Shown: in pieces, positions 44,641-54,355 of the stretch
Position numbering within the stretch: position 1 is the first letter of the stretch
Layout: the number at the start of each line of letters is the position of its first letter
Source of the DNA: a virus
Lineage: Duplodnaviria; Caudoviricetes
Reading direction: 5' to 3' (one strand)
Length of the DNA stretch: 64,000 nucleotides
Virus record (IMG/VR): IMGVR_UViG_3300027804_002812
Coordinates: 224,001 to 288,000 of that record
The notes under the pieces: generated by a model
The model's database searches: none
What the model was told of the DNA's origin: nothing
Seen by the model: only the letters and a program-made list of their open reading frames with translations
Translations under genes and position numbers: made by a program

Positions 44641-45390
44641 TTAACAATAAGACTCCGCCAACTCCCAAAGATTAGTATTAATCTTGTTGATGGATTGGAA
44701 GTTTTTCAATTCTTTCATCGAAGTGAATCTTCCTTTTTCGGATTGGTATCTCAAACCTCCTCGAACAAACTTCTCTTGAATTACGTTGAACGTAGTCCAA
44801 ACTGAACTTCCTGAATCCTCATGTCTGATAGGACGAAGGAAGTCCTCAAATTTGATTTTAGGGATTGACCCTCTTTCCCAACGGATTGAAGTGGCTTTGG
44901 TTACAAAGTCAACCACTTTTTCTTCATCCAAGAATGTAGTCTCCATCTTACCTACAGACCTTTGGATTACTGGCAGTCTTTCCGCAAATTGGTCTGTGAT
45001 TTGTTTCACTGTCCCCATGTCAAACTTCATGTGTTTAACAGAAATTTTATCCGAAAGGGACGTTGGTACTGTTAGACCATTGGAACAAACTAATCGATAA
45101 AGTCCAGCGCTTACTGAGAACGTACTCATTCCATTGTGGGAGTTTCTGATAATCGCCTCTACCAAAGAATCCCCTACCTGTGGAAATTCCACATTACGTA
45201 GTCTTAACTCATGTTGAGCGTAAGATCCTCTACCATTTTGTTTAGCGGAGAACACTTTCCATCCTTCATTCTCAAAGTTTTCGAGAATGTCCATTGTCGG
45301 TACAAAAGTGTACTTGTTCGACATTTTTGGAGATGGAGAGGTGGTGAATACTGAGGGAGCGATTCTCTTAAGGTAGTCTGTCGTTATCAT
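44641..45390 (-). CDS. DUF932/DUF945 family protein
   Basis: YTFVPT, NSHNGMSTF...AGLYRLVCSNGL, WTTFNVIQE; TATCTTTG at 45410-45417. Confidence 0.85.
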   Translation of the reverse strand: MITTDYLKRIAPSVFTTSPSPKMSNKYTFVPTMDILENFENEGWKVFSAKQNGRGSYAQHELRLRNVEFPQVGDSLVEAIIRNSHNGMSTFSVSAGLYRLVCSNGLTVPTSLSDKISVKHMKFDMGTVKQITDQFAERLPVIQRSVGKMETTFLDEEKVVDFVTKATSIRWERGSIPKIKFEDFLRPIRHEDSGSSVWTTFNVIQEKFVRGGLRYQSEKGRFTSMKELKNFQSINKINTNLWELAESYC

Positions 45391-45442
45391 GTCTTATTGA
45401 TTTAGAATTCAAAGATATGATAAGAAATTTAATTTGCCAAAC

Positions 45443-45724
45443 TCAATTCAAAAAAAGATAACCAAATTTCGTTTTTTGAATAAAATTTTTTGAAAGTTCT
45501 TCAACTACCTGTTTATCAGGTTGATTAATTTCGGAGCAGACATCAATTAATTGAGATTGGGTGAGGCTCACGTCCTCACCCTTCTCATAATTTTCAATCG
45601 CTATTTCTTTGATTTTGGTGTAAAAGTATTCTTCCTTGTCTTTGGAGACCAAATTCAATAAGTCAGTAGGATTTTCCCTAAAAAACTTAATGATGTTATT
45701 CATGTATATCTCAACATCAACCAT
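45443..45724 (-). CDS. Hypothetical protein
   Basis: 93-aa ORF. Confidence 0.7.
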   Translation of the reverse strand: MVDVEIYMNNIIKFFRENPTDLLNLVSKDKEEYFYTKIKEIAIENYEKGEDVSLTQSQLIDVCSEINQPDKQVVEELSKNFIQKTKFGYLFLN

Positions 45725-45750
45725 ATCAATTAAAATTAATTTACGAAATA

Positions 45751-47091
45751 CTAATTTTCACTTTTGTCCATATATTCCAAATCCCACATGTTAGGGCCTA
45801 TTGGATCGCCTTTTTCTTCTATTTTCTTAGGTACTCTTACATTGTCACATCCTTTTAGATTCAAAAACATAAGATTCGGTAAATCAGCAACACAATCAGG
45901 TATTGTTCTTAATTCAGGATTTCTAGTAATCGCTAAAAAATTCAAATTTTTAAGATTACATATTGAATCAGGTATTTTTGAGAAAGTAATATTGTCTGTA
46001 AGAATATTAGTCAAGTTTTGAAGCTTACCAATATCTTCCGGTAATTCTACATGTATAGGGTCTTTACTGTCTCTGTTTTGAATTAGAATTCTTTCCAAAG
46101 ATTTAGGTAAACTGTCCATTAAGTCCTCTAAACCATATAATGCAATGAATTTACCAACAGAACCTGAACTTAAACTCTCAATTTTTAATTCTTTACCTCC
46201 GAGTACAATGCCTTTAGCAAATTCAGGTTTGAAGAAAGGTTTCAACTCGGACATAGGCCCATTCAATAGTTGAACTAAATCTTGTTGTCTGTCATCCTTA
46301 TCCATGAACTGGTTAGATTGAAAATGGAATTGATATCTTTCCTTAGGAAGTCCTGTCATTGGACTGACATCGGTATCATTAGGATTAAAAATTACATATA
46401 GAGGTCCATCTTTTATGTATCTGTCGAACCAGCTAGCACCTGGTGCTGAAGTACACCATCTCGTTTCTTGGTTGTTTCCACCATAGAAACAAGCCGCTTC
46501 CTTACCTACCGCTCCTTTATCCTCAATTTCTACAACTCTCCAATTTTCCCCGTCATAAACCAACTTTGCGCCTGGATGAACAGGTGCAGATTTTCTTTCA
46601 GCCTTTGTTGTAGTCGCTAATGTTAAATCAAAATCTTTAACCGCGTCATAAAGTTGATCAGGTGTCAACTTATTGATGTCTCTCATTTCTTTAGGAAGTC
46701 GTCCTTTGAATCTATCAAACTTTTTAAGATCATCAGTAACCTTGTAAAGGTCTTCCATGAAAACATCCTTAGCGCGTTTTACATCTTTTTCATAGGTATA
46801 ATCACCAGGATTTGTTTCAGTTTTTGGCATCAAATAATGCTTCACCAGCCAAGGAACATAACTTCCAGCTTTAATCTTACCCAATTCCTCAGGAGTGGCA
46901 GTTTCAATGTCCACGTTGTTTAATCTAGTTGTTGGGTCTGCTAATACCAAATCAACAAACTCTTTCTTTGAAAGTTTAGGTCTTAACTTATTACCCTCTT
47001 TGTCCTTACCAGATTTAGTTAAAGCGTTCATCAAAACCTCAAATCTTGACTGTTCAACTATGATTGACTTTAATAACGAAGTAAATTTCAT
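45751..47091 (-). CDS. Leader-tagged PcfJ-related domain + leucine-rich-repeat protein
   Basis: MKFTSLLKSIIVEQ; AACFYGG...TRWCTS; LPEDIGKLQNL, IPDSICNLKNL, IPDCVADLPNL LRRs. Confidence 0.75.
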   Translation of the reverse strand: MKFTSLLKSIIVEQSRFEVLMNALTKSGKDKEGNKLRPKLSKKEFVDLVLADPTTRLNNVDIETATPEELGKIKAGSYVPWLVKHYLMPKTETNPGDYTYEKDVKRAKDVFMEDLYKVTDDLKKFDRFKGRLPKEMRDINKLTPDQLYDAVKDFDLTLATTTKAERKSAPVHPGAKLVYDGENWRVVEIEDKGAVGKEAACFYGGNNQETRWCTSAPGASWFDRYIKDGPLYVIFNPNDTDVSPMTGLPKERYQFHFQSNQFMDKDDRQQDLVQLLNGPMSELKPFFKPEFAKGIVLGGKELKIESLSSGSVGKFIALYGLEDLMDSLPKSLERILIQNRDSKDPIHVELPEDIGKLQNLTNILTDNITFSKIPDSICNLKNLNFLAITRNPELRTIPDCVADLPNLMFLNLKGCDNVRVPKKIEEKGDPIGPNMWDLEYMDKSEN

Positions 47092-47135
47092 TTAACTTTA
47101 ATTTATTAATAAATATATTGTTATTACAAAAATAA

Positions 47136-47975
47136 TTAATAATTCAATATTAACAGCTCTTCACCCATATTTTGTTTTGTACCTTTTTTCGCTGCGGCGG
47201 CTTTAGCAAATTCTTTTTTCTCCCATCTATTTTTGGTTTCAGGAAACCAATCGTGTAATAGTTCAAAATCATAGTAGGATAAACTGAACTTACCTTGTAC
47301 CTTGTTCAAAGCAATTGCCAATCTTTCATGATCATCTCTATCAAAATCATGGTTACTATAATAATTTTCAGTTTTCCAATAAGGTGGATCAACATAAAAA
47401 TAAGTGGATGGTGAATCATATTTCTCAATCACATCTTGAAAGTCCAAATTCTCTACATCAGTAATTTTGAGAAAATGGTCAACCCATTTTGGTTTACTAA
47501 GTTTGTCTCTGAATGCAAGATATTTCGATCTATATTTACCCTTCAAATCAATGAAATTAGACGTTTCAGGTTTACTACCACTGAATACTTGTGACAATAC
47601 ATAAACATACTTCGCAGCGGTAAGATAATCACACTTCCCAACGTTGAACCTTTCATTGAATATCTCAGACTGAAACATGTAGAACTTATCTCTTAGTTCT
47701 ATTGGAGTGTATGCCACCCCAACTTTCTGTACTTCGATTTCATCCATTACACGTTGAAGCTCTGATGGATTCTGAACACATTGAAATAGATTGTAATTTA
47801 ATGGATTAAAGTCATTGTAAACGACTTTCTTAAGGTTTGGATACTTTTCCATATCCATGTTAAAAAAACACCAAAACATACCTGAAAAAGGTTCTACATA
47901 TGTTTCCATGTCTGTTGGATAAAATGGTACTATCCACTTACCTATTTTTGATTTACCTCCAATATAACTTATCAT
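47136..47975 (-). CDS. dam: Dam-like (D12 class) DNA adenine methyltransferase
   Basis: YIGGKSK, YVEPFSG, YNDFN, YVDPPY. Confidence 0.85.
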   Translation of the reverse strand: MISYIGGKSKIGKWIVPFYPTDMETYVEPFSGMFWCFFNMDMEKYPNLKKVVYNDFNPLNYNLFQCVQNPSELQRVMDEIEVQKVGVAYTPIELRDKFYMFQSEIFNERFNVGKCDYLTAAKYVYVLSQVFSGSKPETSNFIDLKGKYRSKYLAFRDKLSKPKWVDHFLKITDVENLDFQDVIEKYDSPSTYFYVDPPYWKTENYYSNHDFDRDDHERLAIALNKVQGKFSLSYYDFELLHDWFPETKNRWEKKEFAKAAAAKKGTKQNMGEELLILNY

Positions 47976-48030
47976 AGCACAATGATAATAAAAAAATTTA
48001 ACAAAGGCAATTACTTATAACAATTTTTGT

Positions 48031-48136
48031 AAGGGCGACAGGAGGCTTTCTGTGTAAATCCCATTTCATCACACGGTGTCGACTCACAATAGGATTTACT
48101 ATACTTACGAGGTTTTTTATATTTCCCCTGTTCCTT
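48031..48136 (+). ncRNA. Candidate 6S-like RNA (Bacteroidota 6S-Flavo type)
   Basis: Non-coding. Closing stem AAGG..ACAGG (48031-42) with CCTGT.CCTT (48127-36); central bubble containing ACTTA; inner stem GTAAATCC (48054-61) with GGATTTAC (48092-99); TACTTATA motif just upstream. Confidence 0.55.
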
Positions 48137-48194
48137 CTCGTCAAGGTACATATAAAGGATTCTACGAATTTGTTCACTTAGCATACTTATAATT

Positions 48195-48335
48195 ATGGCA
48201 GAATGTAAAAAATGTAATCAAAAACCAACAAGTAAAACACAATATTACACAATTGGTATTGGTGTTTATCTTTTAGGGTCATCAATCTACGGAACAGTAA
48301 AAATATTTGAATTACTAATTGGATTAATTAAATAG
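48195..48335 (+). CDS. Small CxxC + single-TM protein
   Basis: Hand-translated 46 aa: MAECKKCNQKPTSKTQYYTIGIGVYLLGSSIYGTVKIFELLIGLIK. Confidence 0.65.
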   Translation: MAECKKCNQKPTSKTQYYTIGIGVYLLGSSIYGTVKIFELLIGLIK

Positions 48336-49242
48336 TCCTCTCGAACTTTACGTTCAATTTCAAATACATATCCCCTCCATTATAACCCTTACCTCTTAAC
48401 CTTAAGGGTTTGGACGTATCGAACACCTTTGGAGAATCTATCCTTAACTCACCATCAGGATGTGGAATATTGTATTTATCTTTTTTCAAATCTTCCAAAT
48501 TCAAAAATAAGTTATAAATTAAGTCGTTGTTGAATTTCTCGAAACCGTCTTTAGGCACCACCTCAATTTGAATTACCAAATCACCGTATTCTCCATTCTT
48601 AAAATCACCAGCTCTTTCTATTTTTAGGTATTGACCACTATCAACTCCCTTAGGGATCATAAACCTTAAGTCCGCAGCAGTTTGTTTTGTGCCTCTACCA
48701 TCACACCCATAACATTTGTGAACCAAAGTATATCCTCTGCCTCCACAAGTTGGACAAGCGGATCTAACTTGTTGAGTCATAAATCCAGTTCCAAAGTATT
48801 TCATAAAGAATCCTTGTCCATTACAAGACCCACACTTTTGTTGTTCCCCACCTGCCCCACTACATACATTGCAATGAGTATCCTTCATATATTGAATGGT
48901 CTTTTCGTCTCCCTTATATGATTCAATCGGATTGATTTGAACCCGTACAATTTTATCAGGAGCACTCTTTCGTTTCGGTTGTTGGAACCCTCCACCAAAC
49001 ATTTGTGAAAACATTTGTTCGTACGCAGTACCTTGAAATGGATTATTTCCTCTGTTGTCGTATTCAGCTCTTTTATCAGGATTACCTAAAATTTCATATG
49101 CTTCTGCAATTTCTTTGAACTTCTCTTCCCCCTGAGGATTTTTGTCAGGATGGTATTGTGCCGCAAGTCTTCTATAAGACTTTTTTATTTCATCCTGAGA
49201 GGCTTTCTCTTCAACTTCTAAAATTTTATAGTAATCTTTCAT
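48328..49242 (-). CDS. dnaJ: DnaJ chaperone (J domain, Zn finger, C-terminal domain)
   Basis: HPDKN; four CxxCxGxG motifs. Confidence 0.95.
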   Translation of the reverse strand: MKDYYKILEVEEKASQDEIKKSYRRLAAQYHPDKNPQGEEKFKEIAEAYEILGNPDKRAEYDNRGNNPFQGTAYEQMFSQMFGGGFQQPKRKSAPDKIVRVQINPIESYKGDEKTIQYMKDTHCNVCSGAGGEQQKCGSCNGQGFFMKYFGTGFMTQQVRSACPTCGGRGYTLVHKCYGCDGRGTKQTAADLRFMIPKGVDSGQYLKIERAGDFKNGEYGDLVIQIEVVPKDGFEKFNNDLIYNLFLNLEDLKKDKYNIPHPDGELRIDSPKVFDTSKPLRLRGKGYNGGDMYLKLNVKFERTI

Positions 49243-49244
49243 AT

Positions 49245-49889
49245 ATGGAGAACTACATGGTAGTCTTATTCAAGAATAAAAAAAAGAAAAAAATTATAAA
49301 GAAGTTTATAACATTCTCCCGTGCAAAACAATTTTATGATAAATTAATTAAAGAATCAAACGAAGTATTATTTGAAGTTAAAGTTGAAGGTGGCGCCGAA
49401 TGTAGGTACGAAGTGGGAATTGTGGAGATGAGTTCAAAACAATTAATCCCAGTTTATATGACCGACGAGTATGGCAGAAATATCAAAGTTAAATTGGATG
49501 AAGATGGTATGACTTTGTTCAAAATTGAACCGTATAAAAAAGAAGAAACCATTTACGACATCAGGGAACAGAAAAAAATAAAAACACAAACCTTTATTAA
49601 AAAATATTTGAAGGGGGACGGTTTGAAAATGATTTCAGTACTTAATAATAAAATTGTTCTCCAAGAAGACGAAAAGATTCACCTCTTTACATTAAAGTCA
49701 GAAAGTGAATCTTCAAGATTTGTTGATAGTATTTCCTCGTATTTTTTCAAAATCAAAAGAGGAGATTGTTTGTTTGTAAAAGATTATTCTACCGCACAAA
49801 GGAAATCTTTATATGCATTATTAGAATCTGCAGGTATCGATAAAAAAATATTATATAGGAAATTTACGACGCTACCTCAGTCAAAATAA
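49245..49889 (+). CDS. Conserved hypothetical protein
   Basis: Start MENYMVVLF at 49245, 2 nt from the divergent dnaJ start. Confidence 0.7.
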   Translation: MENYMVVLFKNKKKKKIIKKFITFSRAKQFYDKLIKESNEVLFEVKVEGGAECRYEVGIVEMSSKQLIPVYMTDEYGRNIKVKLDEDGMTLFKIEPYKKEETIYDIREQKKIKTQTFIKKYLKGDGLKMISVLNNKIVLQEDEKIHLFTLKSESESSRFVDSISSYFFKIKRGDCLFVKDYSTAQRKSLYALLESAGIDKKILYRKFTTLPQSK

Positions 49890-50094
49890 AATGAAATTCT
49901 GTGCCTGAAATATCAATAGAAAATTGTTTGTGATGTCGATCAACCTCCCTGAAATGATTAATAACACTGGTATATTCTCCCTTTGGTAACTCGAATACAA
50001 TTGTTGCCTTACCACTAAAAATAGTCTGACAGGACTCAGCAATTAATGCCAACTTTTCTAACTCCCCAAAATTAATATCTTTATCTTCTGCCAT
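49864..50094 (-). CDS. Hypothetical protein
   Basis: 76-aa ORF in operon. Confidence 0.65.
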   Translation of the reverse strand: MAEDKDINFGELEKLALIAESCQTIFSGKATIVFELPKGEYTSVINHFREVDRHHKQFSIDISGTEFHFILTEVAS

Positions 50095-50252
50095 AATGTT
50101 AGTTTTTTAGGTTCTCGGAACAATTCTTCTTTTTTGATACCACGAATTTCCTCAATATATTTTCTTTTTGTATTTTCAATTTCCTTTGTATCTTTCAACT
50201 TTTCACTTTCCAACCAATTCAGTATCGACTGGTTCCTGTTCGTCTTGCTCAT
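50058..50252 (-). CDS. Hypothetical protein
   Basis: Start likely MSKTNRN; ends KKLTLWQKIKILILGS. Confidence 0.6.
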   Translation of the reverse strand: MSKTNRNQSILNWLESEKLKDTKEIENTKRKYIEEIRGIKKEELFREPKKLTLWQKIKILILGS

Positions 50253-50676
50253 AGTCAGAATCATTATCGTCATCATCCAATTCAACATCTAATTCTGGTG
50301 TATCATCACCATCATCGAAGTCAAAATATAAATTTTGAAGTTTATCTAAATCAGTTTTTTCAAATGTAGATTTCAATCGTTCAACAGTTTCTTTGAATAA
50401 TCTTTCTTTTAATTCTTTTTCTTTGTTTAACTTAATGACCTTAGATATTTTTGTCATAGTCTTAGAAACTTCAGAATCATCTATAGGAGAAACAAATGAA
50501 ATCCCTTTCAGGTTTTGATTTTCTGCCTCAAATCCGACAATCTGACCTTCTTCAACAATACTTTTAGGTAAAGACCATTTAGTAGGGAAAACCATATCAA
50601 AACTTAAGTAAGTTTTTAGTTTCCTAATCGAGTGTAGATACTCAACAAATGGTAATAATTCTTTATAAAAACTCAT
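50203..50676 (-). CDS. Hypothetical protein with acidic tail
   Basis: 157-aa ORF. Confidence 0.7.
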   Translation of the reverse strand: MSFYKELLPFVEYLHSIRKLKTYLSFDMVFPTKWSLPKSIVEEGQIVGFEAENQNLKGISFVSPIDDSEVSKTMTKISKVIKLNKEKELKERLFKETVERLKSTFEKTDLDKLQNLYFDFDDGDDTPELDVELDDDDNDSDYEQDEQEPVDTELVGK

Positions 50677-50861
50677 GATAGATATATGTAGGTGATGATG
50701 TAACTTATTGATAATCCTAAGGTTATAAGTTCCCTGTTAGAATAAACCAAAGGTTTTGGTTCTTTTTCTAACAGGGCTCCTATAAATTTTAATGCGTGTC
50801 TTAGTGACACTAATATTGTAAACACAAATATAAAAAAATATATTGTATTAATATTATGCAT
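50673..50861 (-). CDS. Small two-TM membrane protein
   Basis: IYFFIFVFTILVSL and LITLGLSISYIITYIYL segments. Confidence 0.65.
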   Translation of the reverse strand: MHNINTIYFFIFVFTILVSLRHALKFIGALLEKEPKPLVYSNRELITLGLSISYIITYIYLS

Positions 50862-51036
50862 TTTTCTCGGTTTTGCTGTGTTCAAGAACCTCAGTTCTGA
50901 ATTGTTGAAGTAAAGCTTTTAGTTCTTGTGCAGATTTTCTTGCACGGGTACCCGCACTTTTATTACCTTTATAGAATTTAGCCGCATCAACTGACAATAG
51001 TTCAGTAAGTTCTTTAATTTGTTCTAATGTTTCCAT
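50854..51036 (-). CDS. Histone H1-like Hc1 family protein
   Basis: KFYKGNKSAGTRARKSAQELKALLQQFR. Confidence 0.8.
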   Translation of the reverse strand: METLEQIKELTELLSVDAAKFYKGNKSAGTRARKSAQELKALLQQFRTEVLEHSKTEKNA

Positions 51037-51116
51037 TTCTAATCTAATTAATGTTTATTGTTTATGTGATAAAAATAACTTTATTTACTCCTGTGTAAAT
51101 AGAGGATGGTTTTTTT

Positions 51117-51593
51117 CTACTTAACATTTTTCTCCATCATTTTGTAAATCTCCGTAATCATATCCAAATCTGACTTGCTAAATGGTTTTGACATATTGAA
51201 TATATCATTCAGAAATATTGGAACCGAGTCTTTAACTTTCTTGTCACTTTGGTTATAAAATGTGTCCATGTAAAAAGACTTAAGATAGTCTTTATGTTCA
51301 CCATTCAAGGTAATGACTATATTTTCTTTCTTAAAATTTTCAATCATTTTCTCCCAACACCAGTCAAAATGAGATTTTTTATCATCTTGAGATAAAACTA
51401 TTTTAGTTTCAATTGCATTGCCATTTGAATCACCCATATAGGTGTCAGTAATCACATAGTTCAATGATTTGAATATGTCACCATATAATTCAATTTTTTC
51501 ATAAATCATATTGTGCACGTTAAACCAAATGACCACTTCGTCATTGGGAACTGGTTTGGCTATCCAATTAAAAAAATTCTCCATAGAGTTCAT
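51117..51593 (-). CDS. Conserved hypothetical protein
   Basis: 158-aa ORF. Confidence 0.7.
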   Translation of the reverse strand: MNSMENFFNWIAKPVPNDEVVIWFNVHNMIYEKIELYGDIFKSLNYVITDTYMGDSNGNAIETKIVLSQDDKKSHFDWCWEKMIENFKKENIVITLNGEHKDYLKSFYMDTFYNQSDKKVKDSVPIFLNDIFNMSKPFSKSDLDMITEIYKMMEKNVK

Positions 51594-51632
51594 CTATGGA
51601 GAATATAATACAAATCAAATAAATGTGAATTT

Positions 51633-53093
51633 TTATTGTGTTTTTCTGTTGTATCCGATAAGATTTTTCATCTTTTCCATCTCTTCAGAAATAACTTTAG
51701 ACTTTTTGTTTTCAGTTGACTCAAGTTGGTTCATTATTTTCTGTGCCTTTGCCGTAGAACCTTTCTTCAATCCACCTGATTGTGTTTTGTCACCAGCAAT
51801 ATCTACAGGTTGTGGTTGTCTCTTGTATGAAACATTCATTTGTTCCGCTCCGTACAAATTATCGTCAAAATTCTTTTTGAATCTGTCGCCAACTTTTTCA
51901 CTTCTTTTAGAAACGTTTCCTAATGCTTTACCATCTTTACCTGTTACAGCATTTCCGTTTTTAGAATCACCTTTGATTTGCTTCTCAATCATCTCGTCAT
52001 CAGGTTTGATTTCATCATAAACTAAATTAGTCATTCCAGGATATGCGAATGCCTCGATATACTCTTCTACTGCATCGGATGGATGATATTTCTTTTCCTT
52101 GTGGTCTTTTTCCATGTCGTAATTACTTTGAGGGAAATCGTCAGGGTTTTCGTCATATCCTCCATCACCTGATACCATGTCCTTCATGTAATCCTTCATT
52201 TTCTTAATTACCTCTTTAGCGTAATCATCATTTTCTTTTTTATTAAGACCCAAAACCTTATCAGTTTTTTTCAAACCTTCAGGACTCTTGTTAGAAATAT
52301 TTGATTTTTCGTCTTTATCTTTAACTGATTGTTCCAACACGATTTGTTCTATTAGGTCAATCAATTCATCCTCAGTCAATTTCAAAGAAGATTTTCTATT
52401 TTCTTTAACCTTGTATGTTTTTCCATCAACTTCAAAGGAATCTTTACCAGATTTCTTCGCGTCAGCTAATGCCCCACTAAATGCATTCCCTTCTTCAGTT
52501 TCAGCCTCTCCCATATCTCTTGGAGTTCTAACTCTGAATGGCTTTCCATACCTTTTTTTATATAAGTCAAAGAATTTTTTACCCTCTTCACCTTGTGCAA
52601 ATAATCTTTGTTTTCCACCATACTTAGAATCAAATGAATCGAAATCGTCAAACTCTTCTTCATCATAATCAAAGTCAAAATCTCCAGTATATTGTCTATC
52701 GTCTTCGTCATAAAATCCGTGTTCATCATCAAATGAACCAATCATTTTTGGTCTACGAGTCACATGAAACTTATCTCTACCCATTTCCATACCCATATCT
52801 TCTTTTTCGAAGTCATCTCCACTCTCACTTTCATCATCGTAGAAATAAAACTCATCAACTTCTTTTTTGTGATTTTTAGTATCTCTAAGTTTTTTGAAGT
52901 CAGCAGCTGTGATTTTACCTTTTGGTTCTGCAACATCAATCTTTTTTTGGCCACCTTTAAGTTGTTCGTCAACTTCAATCTCAGTCCATTCTCCTTCTTC
53001 TAATTGTTCAGAAATTTGTTTTGCTTTATTTTCAATTTCCTCATTCAATATTTTGGAAACTAATTTGTCTATGTTGATTTTGAAATTACTCAT
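51633..53093 (-). CDS. Acidic putative internal head/scaffold-like protein with multiple xxE motifs
   Basis: KILNEE, LKLTEDELIDLIEQIVLEQ, ISEEMEKMKNLI; GNAFSGAL..AKK.G..SFEVDGKTY and KGKITAADFKKLR modules. Confidence 0.55.
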   Translation of the reverse strand: MSNFKINIDKLVSKILNEEIENKAKQISEQLEEGEWTEIEVDEQLKGGQKKIDVAEPKGKITAADFKKLRDTKNHKKEVDEFYFYDDESESGDDFEKEDMGMEMGRDKFHVTRRPKMIGSFDDEHGFYDEDDRQYTGDFDFDYDEEEFDDFDSFDSKYGGKQRLFAQGEEGKKFFDLYKKRYGKPFRVRTPRDMGEAETEEGNAFSGALADAKKSGKDSFEVDGKTYKVKENRKSSLKLTEDELIDLIEQIVLEQSVKDKDEKSNISNKSPEGLKKTDKVLGLNKKENDDYAKEVIKKMKDYMKDMVSGDGGYDENPDDFPQSNYDMEKDHKEKKYHPSDAVEEYIEAFAYPGMTNLVYDEIKPDDEMIEKQIKGDSKNGNAVTGKDGKALGNVSKRSEKVGDRFKKNFDDNLYGAEQMNVSYKRQPQPVDIAGDKTQSGGLKKGSTAKAQKIMNQLESTENKKSKVISEEMEKMKNLIGYNRKTQ

Positions 53094-53120
53094 TGTTTTT
53101 ATTTTTTATAATAAATATCT

Positions 53121-54098
53121 TTATTTGTTACTTTTGTTCTTATTTCGGTATTCATGCTCCAAAATAGTTATAATCACAGACTCATCAATATTCAATTTAC
53201 TTGCCACTCTCTTTATTGCTTCTTTAACTGATTCATTTTTACTTAATTTCAAGTTTGTGATATCACCCTGATTACAATATGGGAATGTTGTACATTTCTT
53301 CTTAATCTTTACAAATGACCCTCCTTTATATTGTGTCTTTCGACTTGGCCCCCAATCCTTTTTCTTTGTTGATTTTGCCCACATTGCAGGTGTTTCATAT
53401 CCTCCTGATGAACCTGTTGTTGTCGCCTCTTTCGCTTCAACTTTCTCAACTTCACTCTCTTCCAATTTTGGTGTTTCACTTCTACTTCTTTCCCAAAACT
53501 GATCATCACCACCAAAAACTGGCGCTGAATATGCTCCAACAGAACCTGATCCAGTTGCTTCTTTGGGCTCCGATTTCTTAATTTGTTTGAAAGCACATCT
53601 CTTCAAAAAATCTACGTGGTCAAAATCAACTTTTTCCCTCTTCAATTTTTTAATCATATTATGTGCAACCTCTTTTCTGTTAGACGTATCTTTGATTTGC
53701 TTGATAATTTCAATTATTCCATCAACCATTTCTTTATCATTTTGGTCGGACTCATTGTGTTTAATTTCGTTTGTCTCCATCTTAGATAATTTATCGTAGT
53801 ACTTTGGGTCTTCTGATATGTGGTCCATAGCAATTTCTTTTGCTTTCTCCTTATCGTCTGTATGTTCCATCTCAACTTTAACACCTTTATCAAATTGTTT
53901 GGTTAATACTTTAACATCAACTTTGTGTTTTTTTGCAATATCACTCAAACTTTTATCATCAGCAACTCCTCCTTCAAGTTTTTCCTCTGTGAATCCTTGT
54001 TTATATTTCATGTGGTCTTGTAATGTTGATGAGTTTAGACTTATCTGCGAAAACGCTTTATCTAAACTATTCTTGAATAAATCTGCTGAACTTTTCAT
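53121..54098 (-). CDS. DUF5661-like domain putative virion protein
   Basis: KGVKVEMEHTDDKEKAKEIAMDHISEDPKYYDKL; repeated KEAT(G/T)(S/T)GS.G.Y. Confidence 0.6.
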   Translation of the reverse strand: MKSSADLFKNSLDKAFSQISLNSSTLQDHMKYKQGFTEEKLEGGVADDKSLSDIAKKHKVDVKVLTKQFDKGVKVEMEHTDDKEKAKEIAMDHISEDPKYYDKLSKMETNEIKHNESDQNDKEMVDGIIEIIKQIKDTSNRKEVAHNMIKKLKREKVDFDHVDFLKRCAFKQIKKSEPKEATGSGSVGAYSAPVFGGDDQFWERSRSETPKLEESEVEKVEAKEATTTGSSGGYETPAMWAKSTKKKDWGPSRKTQYKGGSFVKIKKKCTTFPYCNQGDITNLKLSKNESVKEAIKRVASKLNIDESVIITILEHEYRNKNKSNK

Positions 54099-54109
54099 TT
54101 CACTTATTT

Positions 54110-54355
54110 TTAGGCATTCTTAAGTCTTGGCTCCCAATAACTTCTATTCATCCACATGAATTGGTAGAATTCTCGGAACATTCTTAATGTGATGTCTTTG
54201 ACTTCACCCTCGAGTTTACCTCGTTTAATTTCTTTCTGAATTCTATCCATCAACTGGTCTTCAAACTGTTTAATAGTATTATTGTTCATAAAGGATTTTA
54301 TTTCTTTACGAATCATAACTTCTATTTCTTTAGCTTCTGAACTTGTAAGTGCCAT
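54110..54355 (-). CDS. Hypothetical protein
   Basis: 81-aa ORF. Confidence 0.7.
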   Translation of the reverse strand: MALTSSEAKEIEVMIRKEIKSFMNNNTIKQFEDQLMDRIQKEIKRGKLEGEVKDITLRMFREFYQFMWMNRSYWEPRLKNA

